Assembly (NCBI GenBank): GCA_963838365.1
Contig: CAWIQR010000012.1
Coordinates: 119,072 to 183,071, forward strand
Length of the DNA stretch: 64,000 bases
Direction of reading: 5' to 3'
From: an uncultured Alphaproteobacteria bacterium
Lineage (GTDB): Bacteria > Pseudomonadota > Alphaproteobacteria > Sphingomonadales > Sphingomonadaceae
This document shows, in pieces, positions 52,546 through 62,321 of this stretch. The position numbers were made by a program, and so were the translations under genes. A model generated the notes under the pieces. That model had not been told where the DNA came from. It did no database searches and was given only the letters and a program-made list of their open reading frames with translations. Each line of letters opens with the position of its first letter. Within the stretch, counting starts at the first letter, position 1.

Positions 52546-52971
52546 CTGATGGGCATGGACATCCTGCAACCCGCCGTCGCGCTGATGATCTGGACGATGA
52601 TCATCTGGGCATGGATGTACATCACTCGCATCCCGGCGATGCAGCGCGCGCATATCCAGCCTGACGAAGCGCGACAAATCGGCCTGCTGGACGCGAAATT
52701 GCCCGAAAACGTGCAGTGGAAAGCCCATAACTACAACCACCTGCATGAACAGCCTACAGTGTTTTACGCGGTTGCCATCGTGCTTGCGATCTTGGGCCAG
52801 GGCGATGGGATGAACGCCTTTCTGGCGTGGCTCTATCTTGGCCTGCGCGTCGTTCACAGTCTGGTGCAAGTGACTGCGAACAAGGTGATGATCCGGTTCG
52901 TGCTGTTTCTGCTTTCCAGTCTGGTGCTGATTGCGCTTATCCTGCACGCAGCGATGGTAGTGTTCAGATAG
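52546..52971 (+). CDS. MAPEG family membrane protein (tandem paralog)
   Basis: WKAHNYNHLHEQPTVFYA and LYLGLRVVHS. Start could be 52528, 52546 or 52552. Confidence 0.85.
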   Translation: MMGMDILQPAVALMIWTMIIWAWMYITRIPAMQRAHIQPDEARQIGLLDAKLPENVQWKAHNYNHLHEQPTVFYAVAIVLAILGQGDGMNAFLAWLYLGLRVVHSLVQVTANKVMIRFVLFLLSSLVLIALILHAAMVVFR

Positions 52972-52982
52972 GGCCGGATTTT

Positions 52983-53960
52983 TTACTCGGCCGCTTCCGC
53001 CTCAACCGGGACGTCAGCGTCTTTTCTCGCGGCAAGGAAACGTTCGCCATCCAGCGCCGCCATGCAGCCCATGCCCGCTGCCGTCACCGCCTGACGATAG
53101 ACGTGATCAGTTACGTCACCAGCGGCGAATACGCCGGGAATCGCGGTCTTGGGCGTGCCGGGCTCAACATCGAGATAGCCCGCATCGTCCATCGCCAGCT
53201 TTCCTTTGAACAATTCGGTAGCAGGAGCATGGCCTATCGCGACGAACGCACCGTCCACTTCCAGCGTAGATAACTCTCCGGTCTGTGTGTCTTCCAGCAC
53301 GAGGTGATGCAGCGCACCGTTCTCTCCCGCCTCGAAGCTTTTGACCGTCTTGTTCCAAAGAACACTGGTCTTCGGGCTTTTGAACAGGCGTTCCTGCAGG
53401 ATCTTTTCGCTGCGCAGTTCATCGCGACGGTGGATAAGCGTCACATCATCGGAATGGTTGGTGAGATACAGCGCTTCTTCAACAGCGGTGTTGCCGCCGC
53501 CGATTACGGCAACTTTCTTGCCACGATAGAAGAACCCGTCGCACGTCGCGCAGGCCGACACTCCCTTGCCGCCCAGTTCCATCTCGCCCGGAGCGCCCAG
53601 CCATTTTGCCTGCGCACCGGTGCAGATCACCAGCGTATCGCCGACATATTCATCGCCGCTGTCGCCGATGGCGCGGAACGGGGGGCCGTTTTCCAGATCG
53701 ACCGACACAATCGTATCCCACATCATGCGCGTGCCGACGTGCTCGGCCTGCGCTTTCATCTCTTCCATCAGCCACGGGCCTTGCACCACGTCGCGAAAGC
53801 CGGGGTAATTCTCGACATCGGTAGTAATGGTCAGCTGCCCGCCGGGTTGCAGACCCTGCACCACGATCGGCTCCAGCATGGCGCGAGCGGCATAAATCGC
53901 GGCGCTGTAGCCTGCGGGGCCGGAGCCGATGATAAGCATCTTTGTGCGATGGATGGCCAT
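52983..53960 (-). CDS. trxB: Thioredoxin-disulfide reductase
   Basis: IGSGPAG, GGQL, SACATCDGFF, GGGNTAVEEA and FAAGDV...RQAVTAAG. Confidence 0.96.
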   Translation of the reverse strand: MAIHRTKMLIIGSGPAGYSAAIYAARAMLEPIVVQGLQPGGQLTITTDVENYPGFRDVVQGPWLMEEMKAQAEHVGTRMMWDTIVSVDLENGPPFRAIGDSGDEYVGDTLVICTGAQAKWLGAPGEMELGGKGVSACATCDGFFYRGKKVAVIGGGNTAVEEALYLTNHSDDVTLIHRRDELRSEKILQERLFKSPKTSVLWNKTVKSFEAGENGALHHLVLEDTQTGELSTLEVDGAFVAIGHAPATELFKGKLAMDDAGYLDVEPGTPKTAIPGVFAAGDVTDHVYRQAVTAAGMGCMAALDGERFLAARKDADVPVEAEAAE

Positions 53961-54033
53961 GGGTCGTCTCTTTTTTCAAGTTTTTCGTCGGAGTTCTGTC
54001 AAAGCACGAATATGAGAGCACAGACGGGCAATG

Positions 54034-54873
54034 TCACGCCACGAAGGCGGCGCGCAGACGTGCTTTCCTGGCCTCATCCACACCTAAGCTGTTTGCAAGG
54101 TAGGTGTCGATTGATCCGTGGTCGCGCTCTATCTCGCTGAAATAGGTCCCAATGTATTCGGGCCGTACGCCCATCAAATTGTTGAGAGCCTCACCAGGAA
54201 TATCACCGTACACTTCGCGCATGCGTGGCAATGACTGGCGTTCGAGAATGTGTGAGGTCGGCGCATCGTTGGTGAGCAGGAATTCCGCGATCACATCGTC
54301 GCGGTGAACGCCAAGCACGTGCAGCAGCAGACTGGCAGCGATCCCGGTGCGATCCTTCCCTGCAAAACAGTGAACGAGGCTGGCGTGCCCATCCGCACCC
54401 CCCACGCCTTGATCCCCCGGGCTCTGATCCCCCGGGCTCTGATCCAAAGCCGCGAAATAGCGTGAGAACATGGCGATCATCGCTGGGTTGACCGGCATTC
54501 GCGTATAGACCGCAATCATCCGGTCAAAGGCAAGCTGCGCGGTCATGGATACGGCGCCGCCGCCCCCTTCGTGCGGGGGTGAATTGCTTGTCTCACCCTC
54601 ATACGCGATCACCTGCGCATCAAAGGCATGGTGGCGTTTGCAGGGGAACTTCTCGCGCTCACTGATCCCGCGCAGGTCGATAATCGTGCGAATGTCGAGC
54701 GAATGGAGAAGGTCCAGATCGGCTTCGCTCGCCTCCATGTGCTGGCCCGAACGCCACAGCAGCCCGGTCTTTACCCGTGCCCCGCCGGGCACCGCCCAGC
54801 CGCCATAATCGCGCAGGTTGTGAATGCCCTGCGTGGGCAGGAACGGGTCGGTCTGGAGCTGGCGAATCATGCT
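54034..54873 (-). CDS. Tyrosine-protein phosphatase family protein (Y_phosphatase3-like)
   Basis: NLRDYGG, LWRSG, IIDLR and catalytic HCFAGKDRTG. Start approximate. Confidence 0.85.
   Translation of the reverse strand, partial: SMIRQLQTDPFLPTQGIHNLRDYGGWAVPGGARVKTGLLWRSGQHMEASEADLDLLHSLDIRTIIDLRGISEREKFPCKRHHAFDAQVIAYEGETSNSPPHEGGGGAVSMTAQLAFDRMIAVYTRMPVNPAMIAMFSRYFAALDQSPGDQSPGDQGVGGADGHASLVHCFAGKDRTGIAASLLLHVLGVHRDDVIAEFLLTNDAPTSHILERQSLPRMREVYGDIPGEALNNLMGVRPEYIGTYFSEIERDHGSIDTYLANSLGVDEARKARLRAAFVA
54410..54445. repeat. 15-bp in-frame tandem duplication
   Basis: TGATCCCCCGGGCTC x2 plus TGATCC, encoding DQSPGDQSPGDQ. Confidence 0.85.
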
Positions 54874-55015
54874 GGCGGGTGTGGCGCGCGCGCGCAGCGA
54901 TGTCACGCCCCATGACTAGGTATTCGACACGAGGGATGGTCAAAGCCGTTATTGGGACAATCACCTATATTCCGGCGGCATATTACCAGACAACCAAAGT
55001 AGGAGGTGCCGTAAT

Positions 55016-55480
55016 ATGGCCCGTATCCTGATCGCCGACGACGATGAACTGATCGCCGAAATTGCAACTGAAGTCCTGATCGACGCAGGCCATGCCTGCG
55101 GCTGGGTTACCAGCGGAGAAGACGCGTGGGAACTCGCCCATAGACGCCGGCCCGATATCCTGCTGCTTGATCAGGGTCTGCCGGGTATTTCAGGGGTGAG
55201 CCTGCTGCGCAAATTTCGCGGCAGCCCGCAATTTTACGATCTTCCGGTCATCATGTTTACTGCAATGCGCGGCGAGGAGGATGAGGCGCAGGCATTGTAT
55301 GCAGGCGCACAAGATTACATCCGCAAACCGTTTGAGCCAGGGATTCTTACCGCGCGGATTGCACGGGTGCTGGCAAAACGAGGTGATCGGCCAGGCCACA
55401 CCGATCTGATCACGCGTACGTTGGAGGATGCGGGATTGCTGAGCGAGGCGATCGAGCCGCGCGAATTCCGCATGATCTGA
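55016..55480 (+). CDS. Single-domain response regulator
   Basis: ILIADDD, LLLDQGLPGISG, IMFTA and GAQDYIRKPF; RBS AGGAGG. Confidence 0.9.
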   Translation: MARILIADDDELIAEIATEVLIDAGHACGWVTSGEDAWELAHRRRPDILLLDQGLPGISGVSLLRKFRGSPQFYDLPVIMFTAMRGEEDEAQALYAGAQDYIRKPFEPGILTARIARVLAKRGDRPGHTDLITRTLEDAGLLSEAIEPREFRMI

Positions 55481-55555
55481 TTAGCCAATCTGCCGCGCGG
55501 CGCGGTTCGCCGCACGGTGCGGCCCGTCCGCATTCTCACCATGGAACCGCCCAGC

Positions 55556-57085
55556 TTATTCCAGAATGTATCGCACTCGCAGCGTAATTGTCCCGCCGCT
55601 GGCAAAGGCACCGTCCGGTCGAACCCTAAAATCGGTTACCGCCGTATCGCAATCGTCGGCATCGGGTGTCGGTGTATAGCCGAAACTTGCGCCATTATTG
55701 TTGGAAAACTCCAGATCGTCTGTCGACGATGCGATCGTCGCGAACCCATAGGTCACGCCCGAATTGCCGCCGGGATCGTTGAACACGATTGGTCCGCCAC
55801 TGCGTGCGATGCGACACAACTTTACGTCGCCAGGCCCCTGATCCACCACGGACAGGCTATCGGCATCGGCCGCGCCCGGTCCGGTGTTGGACACCGTGAT
55901 AAGGTATTCAACCAGCGCACCGGGAATTGCCTTTGGGTTGGTGTTGCCATTGACGGGATCCGCGATGATCGCGCTCACCTTTGTAATCGACAGATTGGGC
56001 GTTGGTCGGCGCGTATTGGTAAAGGTGCAGACCAGCGCCTCCCCGAATTCCAGCACACCGAGATTGAAGCTGGTCGCAGCAAGATTGTTGGGTAGTGCCG
56101 CGCGCGTTGGTCCGGCGGAATTCACGCAGGTCAAAGATGAGGTGTACTGCGCCAGCCTACTGGGGCTACCCGCAGCCATCGTCTCACGCAAAGTGATCGG
56201 GAGACCCGCGGCCATGACAATCTGGCGGGTCGAGAACGGCCCGTTGCCGCTGCCGGTGGTGGTGCCGCTGGTGATGACGCTGCCATTGCCGGTCGAAAGA
56301 ATTTCAAACCGGAACTGGTCAGCGGAATTGACGCGCGGGCCGGTGATCGTCTTCTGCAACCGGATCGAGGCAAACCGCACTGCGAACATCACCCCCTGAA
56401 GTCCGCCTGCCACGGTCTCAACCGTCACAGTAGTCGGGCTGCTTGTGCTGAGGATATGCGCGCCGACAGTCCCCGTTATCCCGGTTATCGACGCATTGCG
56501 CGTGCCAACACCGGCAAGTGTGGGAAATCTGTTACCACTGGTGGGCGGCACGCTGTCCAGCAGCTGCCAGTTTCCTCCATTGGTGCCCATCCTCAGCGTT
56601 TCGCCCTGGTTGCTCGATTCTGCATCGGCGACGATGAACGCAAAGACCGAAGCACTCGCACCGGCGGGCGGGACGATAGTGATCCCGGAAAGTGTAATTG
56701 TGCGCGTACCGGCTGACGCAGTGTAGAGGGCTGGTCGACCGGGAATGCCGATAAATGAGGAGTTTCCGATCGCCGCTCCAGTCCATGATGGCGCGGTGAC
56801 GCTGTTATAGGCCGTTCCCGTGCCGCCGGTTACGCGCGCGTTGAACGAAACGATCGAGCCATCCGGCAATGTGAAGCTGAGGTTCTGACCCGATGCCGAC
56901 CGTGCGGTGGCATCGTTGTAATTGGCAAGGTTCAGCCAGCAATAGGTCTGCCAGCTTGGCGGTGCGCTACCCTGCGTCGCCGCCTGCCCACAATCCTGCG
57001 CCTGCGCCGCATTGGACCATATCAACCCGAACATCATCAGCGCGGTTGCGATCAGCCTGCGCAGGGACCGATTTGTAAGCATCAA
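55556..57085 (-). CDS. Exported adhesin-like protein: CshA-like N-terminal domain, SpaA/prealbumin-like domain, C-terminal DUF11 domain
   Basis: Signal peptide (AQAQ); WQTYCWLNLANYND N-domain; RLQKT...LRET...CTFTN domain; NLSITK...PGALVEYLITVSNTGP...VVD DUF11 pattern. Confidence 0.75.
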   Translation of the reverse strand: MMLTNRSLRRLIATALMMFGLIWSNAAQAQDCGQAATQGSAPPSWQTYCWLNLANYNDATARSASGQNLSFTLPDGSIVSFNARVTGGTGTAYNSVTAPSWTGAAIGNSSFIGIPGRPALYTASAGTRTITLSGITIVPPAGASASVFAFIVADAESSNQGETLRMGTNGGNWQLLDSVPPTSGNRFPTLAGVGTRNASITGITGTVGAHILSTSSPTTVTVETVAGGLQGVMFAVRFASIRLQKTITGPRVNSADQFRFEILSTGNGSVITSGTTTGSGNGPFSTRQIVMAAGLPITLRETMAAGSPSRLAQYTSSLTCVNSAGPTRAALPNNLAATSFNLGVLEFGEALVCTFTNTRRPTPNLSITKVSAIIADPVNGNTNPKAIPGALVEYLITVSNTGPGAADADSLSVVDQGPGDVKLCRIARSGGPIVFNDPGGNSGVTYGFATIASSTDDLEFSNNNGASFGYTPTPDADDCDTAVTDFRVRPDGAFASGGTITLRVRYILE

Positions 57086-57088
57086 AGT

Positions 57089-60000
57089 CTACCTTTCCAG
57101 CCCGAGGAAACTGAATGTGTCGGTGTCAAATTTGAGGCGCACCGCGGCGAAAACGCCTTTGTCGGTGTTGCGCGCGGCGGCAAAATCTCCGTCACGGAAG
57201 CCTTCGACATTATAGCCAACCGTCAACAAAATGTCCTGCGCAGGTGAGAATCCGACGGTCGGCCCATAAGCAAAGCTGGTGACCTCATCTTCCAGATTGG
57301 CTCGCACGGTGGCGCTGGCACCGATTTCAAACTTGTCGCTGATGCCAAGGCGCGCATCCAGACCCGCCAGCACTGTGGTCCCGGAAAATTCCGTGTTTCC
57401 AAACTCATCAAAGTTGTAACGCGCGCCCACGAACAGTGTGTATTCGTCGCGCCGCACCTGTTGGTCGATGCCAAATTCGTCCTCGTCCCAGCCGCGCGGG
57501 CTCCAATTGGTCGAAAGGCTGCCGACCAGACGGCGCGACGTCGCATCGCCGTCCACGATCAGCGCGGTGCGCCCTGCCCCCGTTACATCGCCCGCAACCG
57601 CGCCAGTTACCGCGTCGCTGCGAAATTCCAGCTTGCCCAGCATGGCGACTTCGCTGGCGTCGGGGCGGTGAGCAAAGGCAATGCTGGCATCGAAGATTTC
57701 AGTAACCGCACCGTTGAAGTTTTCCGCCCTCGTCCAGGTGACGCCAGATCCGGCGACGCTGCCCTCACCCAATTGACGGATGCCGCCAAAGGTGATGCCG
57801 GTGCGGTCGGCCTGTTCGCCGTCGCGGTATTCGCCTCGCGCGGTCAGGCTCCAGCGGTCCTTGCGCCATGACGCACCCAAGGTGAGAGCGGTAAAATCTT
57901 CAAACAGCAGGCCCCCGGTCAACTGACCGCCGCTGGCCGCCGGTTGCAGCGGGTTCACAAGGTCGGAAACGTCGGGCGCGCCGTTCAGGGTGCGATTGCC
58001 ATCAACCGTCGCGTCGATGGCAAACTCTGGCGTCAATTGCAGGGTCTGCGCCACACCGAATGCAGCGAAGGAACGGTTACCAAATTCGCCGATGGTTTCC
58101 TGACCCAGCGTGGTGACAATCTGACCGCCCTGCCACGGCGTCAATTCGACCCCGCCACGCAGCTGACGCGAGTTGAAGTTTTCGCCATCGGCAATTTCAT
58201 AGGTGCCCACCAGCCGCACATCCTGTGTCAGCTGATAGCGCAGGCCAAGCCGGTGACGTGCAGGCAGATCGAGGCTTTCCGCCTGATCGAGCGCAATCGC
58301 GGTGCTGGCCGAAATTTCAAGCGCGGCGTCGAACAGCCGTTTCGTCCCGCCCGCTTCGAGCACGGTCGAGGTGTTGGTGGTGCCATCGGCAAGCTGGTCG
58401 TCGAAATGGGCAATGCCAATACGCAGATCCGTGGTCGGACGCTGCAATGTCAACTGCGCCTGTGCGGCGCGGCGGCGGCTGGCATCGGTCAGGCTGTCAT
58501 CCTGCCACACACTGCCCAGCACGCTGAGATTTTCGGTGAGCAGCACGCGGCCATCCACGCCAACCTTGCGGCGACCCTGTTCGACCGCGTTCTGTTGGCC
58601 AATTCCGTAATCGCTATCCAGCTGGCGAGCATAGGCCAGCACGTCGAGCTTGCCCGTCTGGTGCTGCGCTTCGACGATCCAGCCGGTTGCGGTGTTGCCC
58701 TCGGATTGGCTGACGCCCAGCTCCGCGCGCACTTCGGTGCCCTCGCCAATCTGTGCGCGCAGATCCAGCGCTCCGATATCAGTGCGTGCACCATCACCCT
58801 TGTCGGTGATGGCGGTTGCGCCGATACGGATATTGCCATTTGTGCTGGTCCAATCCGTGCGCAGACCTGCATTCATCTGCGCTTCGCCGGCACCATCGGT
58901 TTCGTATTCGACGATGATGAATTGCGGATTGAGGTTTTCATCGCGGCTCAGCACCGGCTGCGCAAAGCTGATCGTACCCGACAGCAGATCGAGATCAAAG
59001 TCGATGAAGCGCGTCAGCACCCGCCGCGATACGATCAATTCGGACCGGAAGCGGTCGCGCACTTCGATCGTCACCTGTTCGGTGTTCGGAATGATCCGTC
59101 GGCTGCGTAGTTGATAGGGGCCGGTGATGCCCTGGCCCTGAATTTCCTCGCGCTGAAGGCGGCTGGAAACCTCGGCGGCAAAGGCCTGCGCCTTTACCTG
59201 GCCAAAGCGCGCCTCACCTTTTACGCCCGTCGCGGTGCGGTTGTAACGCGCCAGCTGGGTCTGATCGAACGCGGTCTGGAAATCGCCATACAGCGCATAG
59301 AAAGTTGAGGTTTCGATACGCACATACAGCTTTTCACGGCTGGCCGCATCAAACCGGCGCATCGATCCATCGGCGAACACGGTGTAATACGCGTTTGGAT
59401 CAATCGCGCCCAAAACACGCTGGTCCTCGCGCTGTTTGGCGCTGTCATAGGCAAGCGTGACGAGATATTTGCCCAGCACCCGGCCCTTTGCATACAAAGC
59501 GACGCGAGCGTCCTTGCCCAGATCGCTGTCGAACCGCCCGGTGCGTTCCATATTGTCAGCCACGCTGCGCGCGCCCGCTGTGCCTTCGGCAAGGCCAACG
59601 ATGGTCCATTCGATATCGCCCGGCTCAATCCACGCTTCCAGCTCTTGCTGGCGCACAATCTGACCATCATTGAAGCTGAAATTGAGCCGCAGCGAGCCGG
59701 AAACCATCGTCGGCGCCAGTTCTATGAGCGCAATGCCGTCCTCGCCTTGCGTTACCCACCGCGCGGAACTGGCACCAAACCCGGTAAGCTGGTTCAGCTG
59801 CTGACGATCCAGCTGCTCGGCGCTTTCATAGGGGGCGTTCAGCGAAAACTCGCCCGCGATACCTTCGCGCAAGGGGCGATTGTTGCGATCGAGCACCCGT
59901 ACGGCGATGACCGGGCGCGTGCGGCCATCGGCGACGAGGTTGGAGAGTTCCGGCACCAGTTCGACCTTGGTCGGGGCAGTGGTGAAGAATACTTCGCGTG

Positions 60001-62299
60001 AGATCGTCTGATTGACCACGCCAAACGAATTGATGATGTCTGCTTCGAGCAGCGTGCGCTCATTCACCAGCGGCACGCCGCGCCAAAGGCTGACGGCAAA
60101 GCGTTCGGAGGAGTTCTGCGTGCCGTCAAAGGCCAGCTGATCGACCGGCTTGCCATTCACGCGCAGGGCAATCGTCTGCCCCTTGCGATGACGGATCGCG
60201 ACCTTGATGGCGGGCGCGCGCGGATTGGCATCGACGCTGGGCGAAAGCCAGCCGTCCGGACCATCGCCCTGCGCCAACCAGTCTGCATCGGCTGCGGGGG
60301 CGCTTACAATCGGAGCCAATGCGGTGGCGCTCGCGGTCACGGAACCCTGCGCCACCGGCAAATCTCCATTGGCCAGTTCGCTTCCCTCGGCGATATCGTC
60401 GATTGCACGAGCAATTCCACCATCGGGAGTGGTTTCGGCCTTCTCGGCGATCTCGTTCAGCCAGCCTTCGGGCACGGTTGCATGAAAATCGGCGACAACC
60501 AGGCTTCCACCCTGCCCGATGACAAAGCGCGAGCTGACGCTGCCCGCATTGCGAGTGCTGCGGTGGCAGTCAATCAACTCGGCCCCTTCGGGCAGGGTCA
60601 TGCGCGAAACGGCGACCACGTGTGTTCCGGGCACTACGCCCTCGAAATGATAGCGGCCATCGGCATCGGTGATTGCAAAACTGCCGTCTTCCATGATCAC
60701 GCGCACGCCGGGGATGCCGGGGCGTGGATCGTCGATGGAGCATGCACCGGCGGTGATACGCCCGATCACGGTCATCCGGTCGGCGATTGTCTCGCGAACA
60801 ATGTCGACCGGCACATTGGCGCGCGCGGTGCGGCCCAGCAGATCGGTCACGACCGCTTCATTCACGGCGCGACCCGGAGGCGCATCGGGACGCACGGTCA
60901 TTGCATAGGTCACCCGCGCGCTCACACCACCTGCCAGCGTGCCTACATTCACTTCAAATCGGCTACCATCAGGCGCAATCGTAATCGCTTCCGGCACGGC
61001 AACGCCGTTCACGCGAATTGTGTCGGGTCGCAGGCGAAGCCAGCGCGATGGCGTGTCGGCGATTGTCACATCGCGTTTGGCGCGGGCCGGATCGGAATTG
61101 CGCGCGGTAACCGAATAGAACACCACATCGCCGGGCACCGCCTGAGCGCGCGAGGCGGTCTTGGTCAGGCCAAGGTCCAATCCCGAGCGGTCCAGCGGAA
61201 TATCGATCTGCACGGGGATCGGATCGGTCAGCGCAAATGCCGCGCCATACGAACCCTCCCGAATGACGAACGCGCGGCCATCGGGGCGTGCTATCTGCGC
61301 GATCTGGCCGGGTTGGACCACGGATGGCGCGGAATAGGGATCGGGCGGGGTAATTTCCAACCGGTACTGCCCCAGCAGAGTGAGTGGGAACCAGAATTCG
61401 CCCACCCCCAGATCGGTCACTCGGCCAGCGCCATCGGTTACAGACGCGCCCGAAAGTACGCTGGAAGGCCAAGGCGTTACACCATCTTCGGCAAAGACGG
61501 TCGCGGGCTGACCGGTCACTGCGTTAACCAGGGTCACGCGCGCGCCATTTATCGGTTCTCCGGTTTCGCTGTCGAACACCACTCCGAACGGATCGGCCAG
61601 CACTTCCACCGAGGTTTGCGCGATAATCGCGGTCGATCCCGGCAGTGATGCGGCGACGGTGATGGAAGCACCATCAATGATGCTGAGGCGGCAATCGTCC
61701 TGCACAGGCGCTGGCGGAATGCGCGCAGTGTCAATCTGGCCGACGAAGAGCCCCGTGTTCAGTCCCGTTTCAAAAATCGTTTCGGTCTCACGGTCCCCGG
61801 TCGAGGTGGTGATAACCACTTCAAGTTGATCAATGGCATTCCGATCAATGTTCGCGGCGGGCGCTTGGACCTCGAAAATCAGGGTCTGGCCTGCACGCAA
61901 CGTGCTGGTCTGCTGCACCGTCAAATTCAATGGCTGAGTATCGGGTTTGGCCTGCCCGCTGGGCGCAGGGCCGGTGCTCTGACCGGGCCGCCCGATACCA
62001 TTGCAGACTGGAGCGCGAAAACTCAGCTGCGTGCCGCTTTGCGAAACCGGCCGAAAAGCGCGGATTTCCGGGGGCGGCACCGTAACATCGAAGGTTACTT
62101 CGTTCGAAGTCGTGTTAACTGCGCGCCCAGCGAAATCCCACCGCGCTGTTGCAGTGTTGGTCACGGTTCTGATGGTCTGCCGGGCTTCTTGCCCAGTGGT
62201 ATTGTCTTGTGCGCGCGCCTCCCCTCCGGACACGCCAAAAGGCAGCAGCACTAACGCTAATGCTGCTGCCAGACGGCCCAGAGGGGAGTTTACACGCAA
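57089..62299 (-). CDS. Very large exported protein with Ig-like/DUF11/SdrD-B-like domains and a predicted C-terminal outer-membrane beta-barrel
   Basis: 1736 aa; signal peptide; LGLTKTAS...PGDVVFYSVTARN DUF11; PGIPGVRV...ITDADGRYHF; long C-terminal region of alternating amphipathic strands ending VRLKFDTDTFSFLGLER. Confidence 0.78.
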   Translation of the reverse strand: MRVNSPLGRLAAALALVLLPFGVSGGEARAQDNTTGQEARQTIRTVTNTATARWDFAGRAVNTTSNEVTFDVTVPPPEIRAFRPVSQSGTQLSFRAPVCNGIGRPGQSTGPAPSGQAKPDTQPLNLTVQQTSTLRAGQTLIFEVQAPAANIDRNAIDQLEVVITTSTGDRETETIFETGLNTGLFVGQIDTARIPPAPVQDDCRLSIIDGASITVAASLPGSTAIIAQTSVEVLADPFGVVFDSETGEPINGARVTLVNAVTGQPATVFAEDGVTPWPSSVLSGASVTDGAGRVTDLGVGEFWFPLTLLGQYRLEITPPDPYSAPSVVQPGQIAQIARPDGRAFVIREGSYGAAFALTDPIPVQIDIPLDRSGLDLGLTKTASRAQAVPGDVVFYSVTARNSDPARAKRDVTIADTPSRWLRLRPDTIRVNGVAVPEAITIAPDGSRFEVNVGTLAGGVSARVTYAMTVRPDAPPGRAVNEAVVTDLLGRTARANVPVDIVRETIADRMTVIGRITAGACSIDDPRPGIPGVRVIMEDGSFAITDADGRYHFEGVVPGTHVVAVSRMTLPEGAELIDCHRSTRNAGSVSSRFVIGQGGSLVVADFHATVPEGWLNEIAEKAETTPDGGIARAIDDIAEGSELANGDLPVAQGSVTASATALAPIVSAPAADADWLAQGDGPDGWLSPSVDANPRAPAIKVAIRHRKGQTIALRVNGKPVDQLAFDGTQNSSERFAVSLWRGVPLVNERTLLEADIINSFGVVNQTISREVFFTTAPTKVELVPELSNLVADGRTRPVIAVRVLDRNNRPLREGIAGEFSLNAPYESAEQLDRQQLNQLTGFGASSARWVTQGEDGIALIELAPTMVSGSLRLNFSFNDGQIVRQQELEAWIEPGDIEWTIVGLAEGTAGARSVADNMERTGRFDSDLGKDARVALYAKGRVLGKYLVTLAYDSAKQREDQRVLGAIDPNAYYTVFADGSMRRFDAASREKLYVRIETSTFYALYGDFQTAFDQTQLARYNRTATGVKGEARFGQVKAQAFAAEVSSRLQREEIQGQGITGPYQLRSRRIIPNTEQVTIEVRDRFRSELIVSRRVLTRFIDFDLDLLSGTISFAQPVLSRDENLNPQFIIVEYETDGAGEAQMNAGLRTDWTSTNGNIRIGATAITDKGDGARTDIGALDLRAQIGEGTEVRAELGVSQSEGNTATGWIVEAQHQTGKLDVLAYARQLDSDYGIGQQNAVEQGRRKVGVDGRVLLTENLSVLGSVWQDDSLTDASRRRAAQAQLTLQRPTTDLRIGIAHFDDQLADGTTNTSTVLEAGGTKRLFDAALEISASTAIALDQAESLDLPARHRLGLRYQLTQDVRLVGTYEIADGENFNSRQLRGGVELTPWQGGQIVTTLGQETIGEFGNRSFAAFGVAQTLQLTPEFAIDATVDGNRTLNGAPDVSDLVNPLQPAASGGQLTGGLLFEDFTALTLGASWRKDRWSLTARGEYRDGEQADRTGITFGGIRQLGEGSVAGSGVTWTRAENFNGAVTEIFDASIAFAHRPDASEVAMLGKLEFRSDAVTGAVAGDVTGAGRTALIVDGDATSRRLVGSLSTNWSPRGWDEDEFGIDQQVRRDEYTLFVGARYNFDEFGNTEFSGTTVLAGLDARLGISDKFEIGASATVRANLEDEVTSFAYGPTVGFSPAQDILLTVGYNVEGFRDGDFAAARNTDKGVFAAVRLKFDTDTFSFLGLER

Positions 62300-62321
62300 A
62301 GTCGTTGCCTATCCGTCAGTC

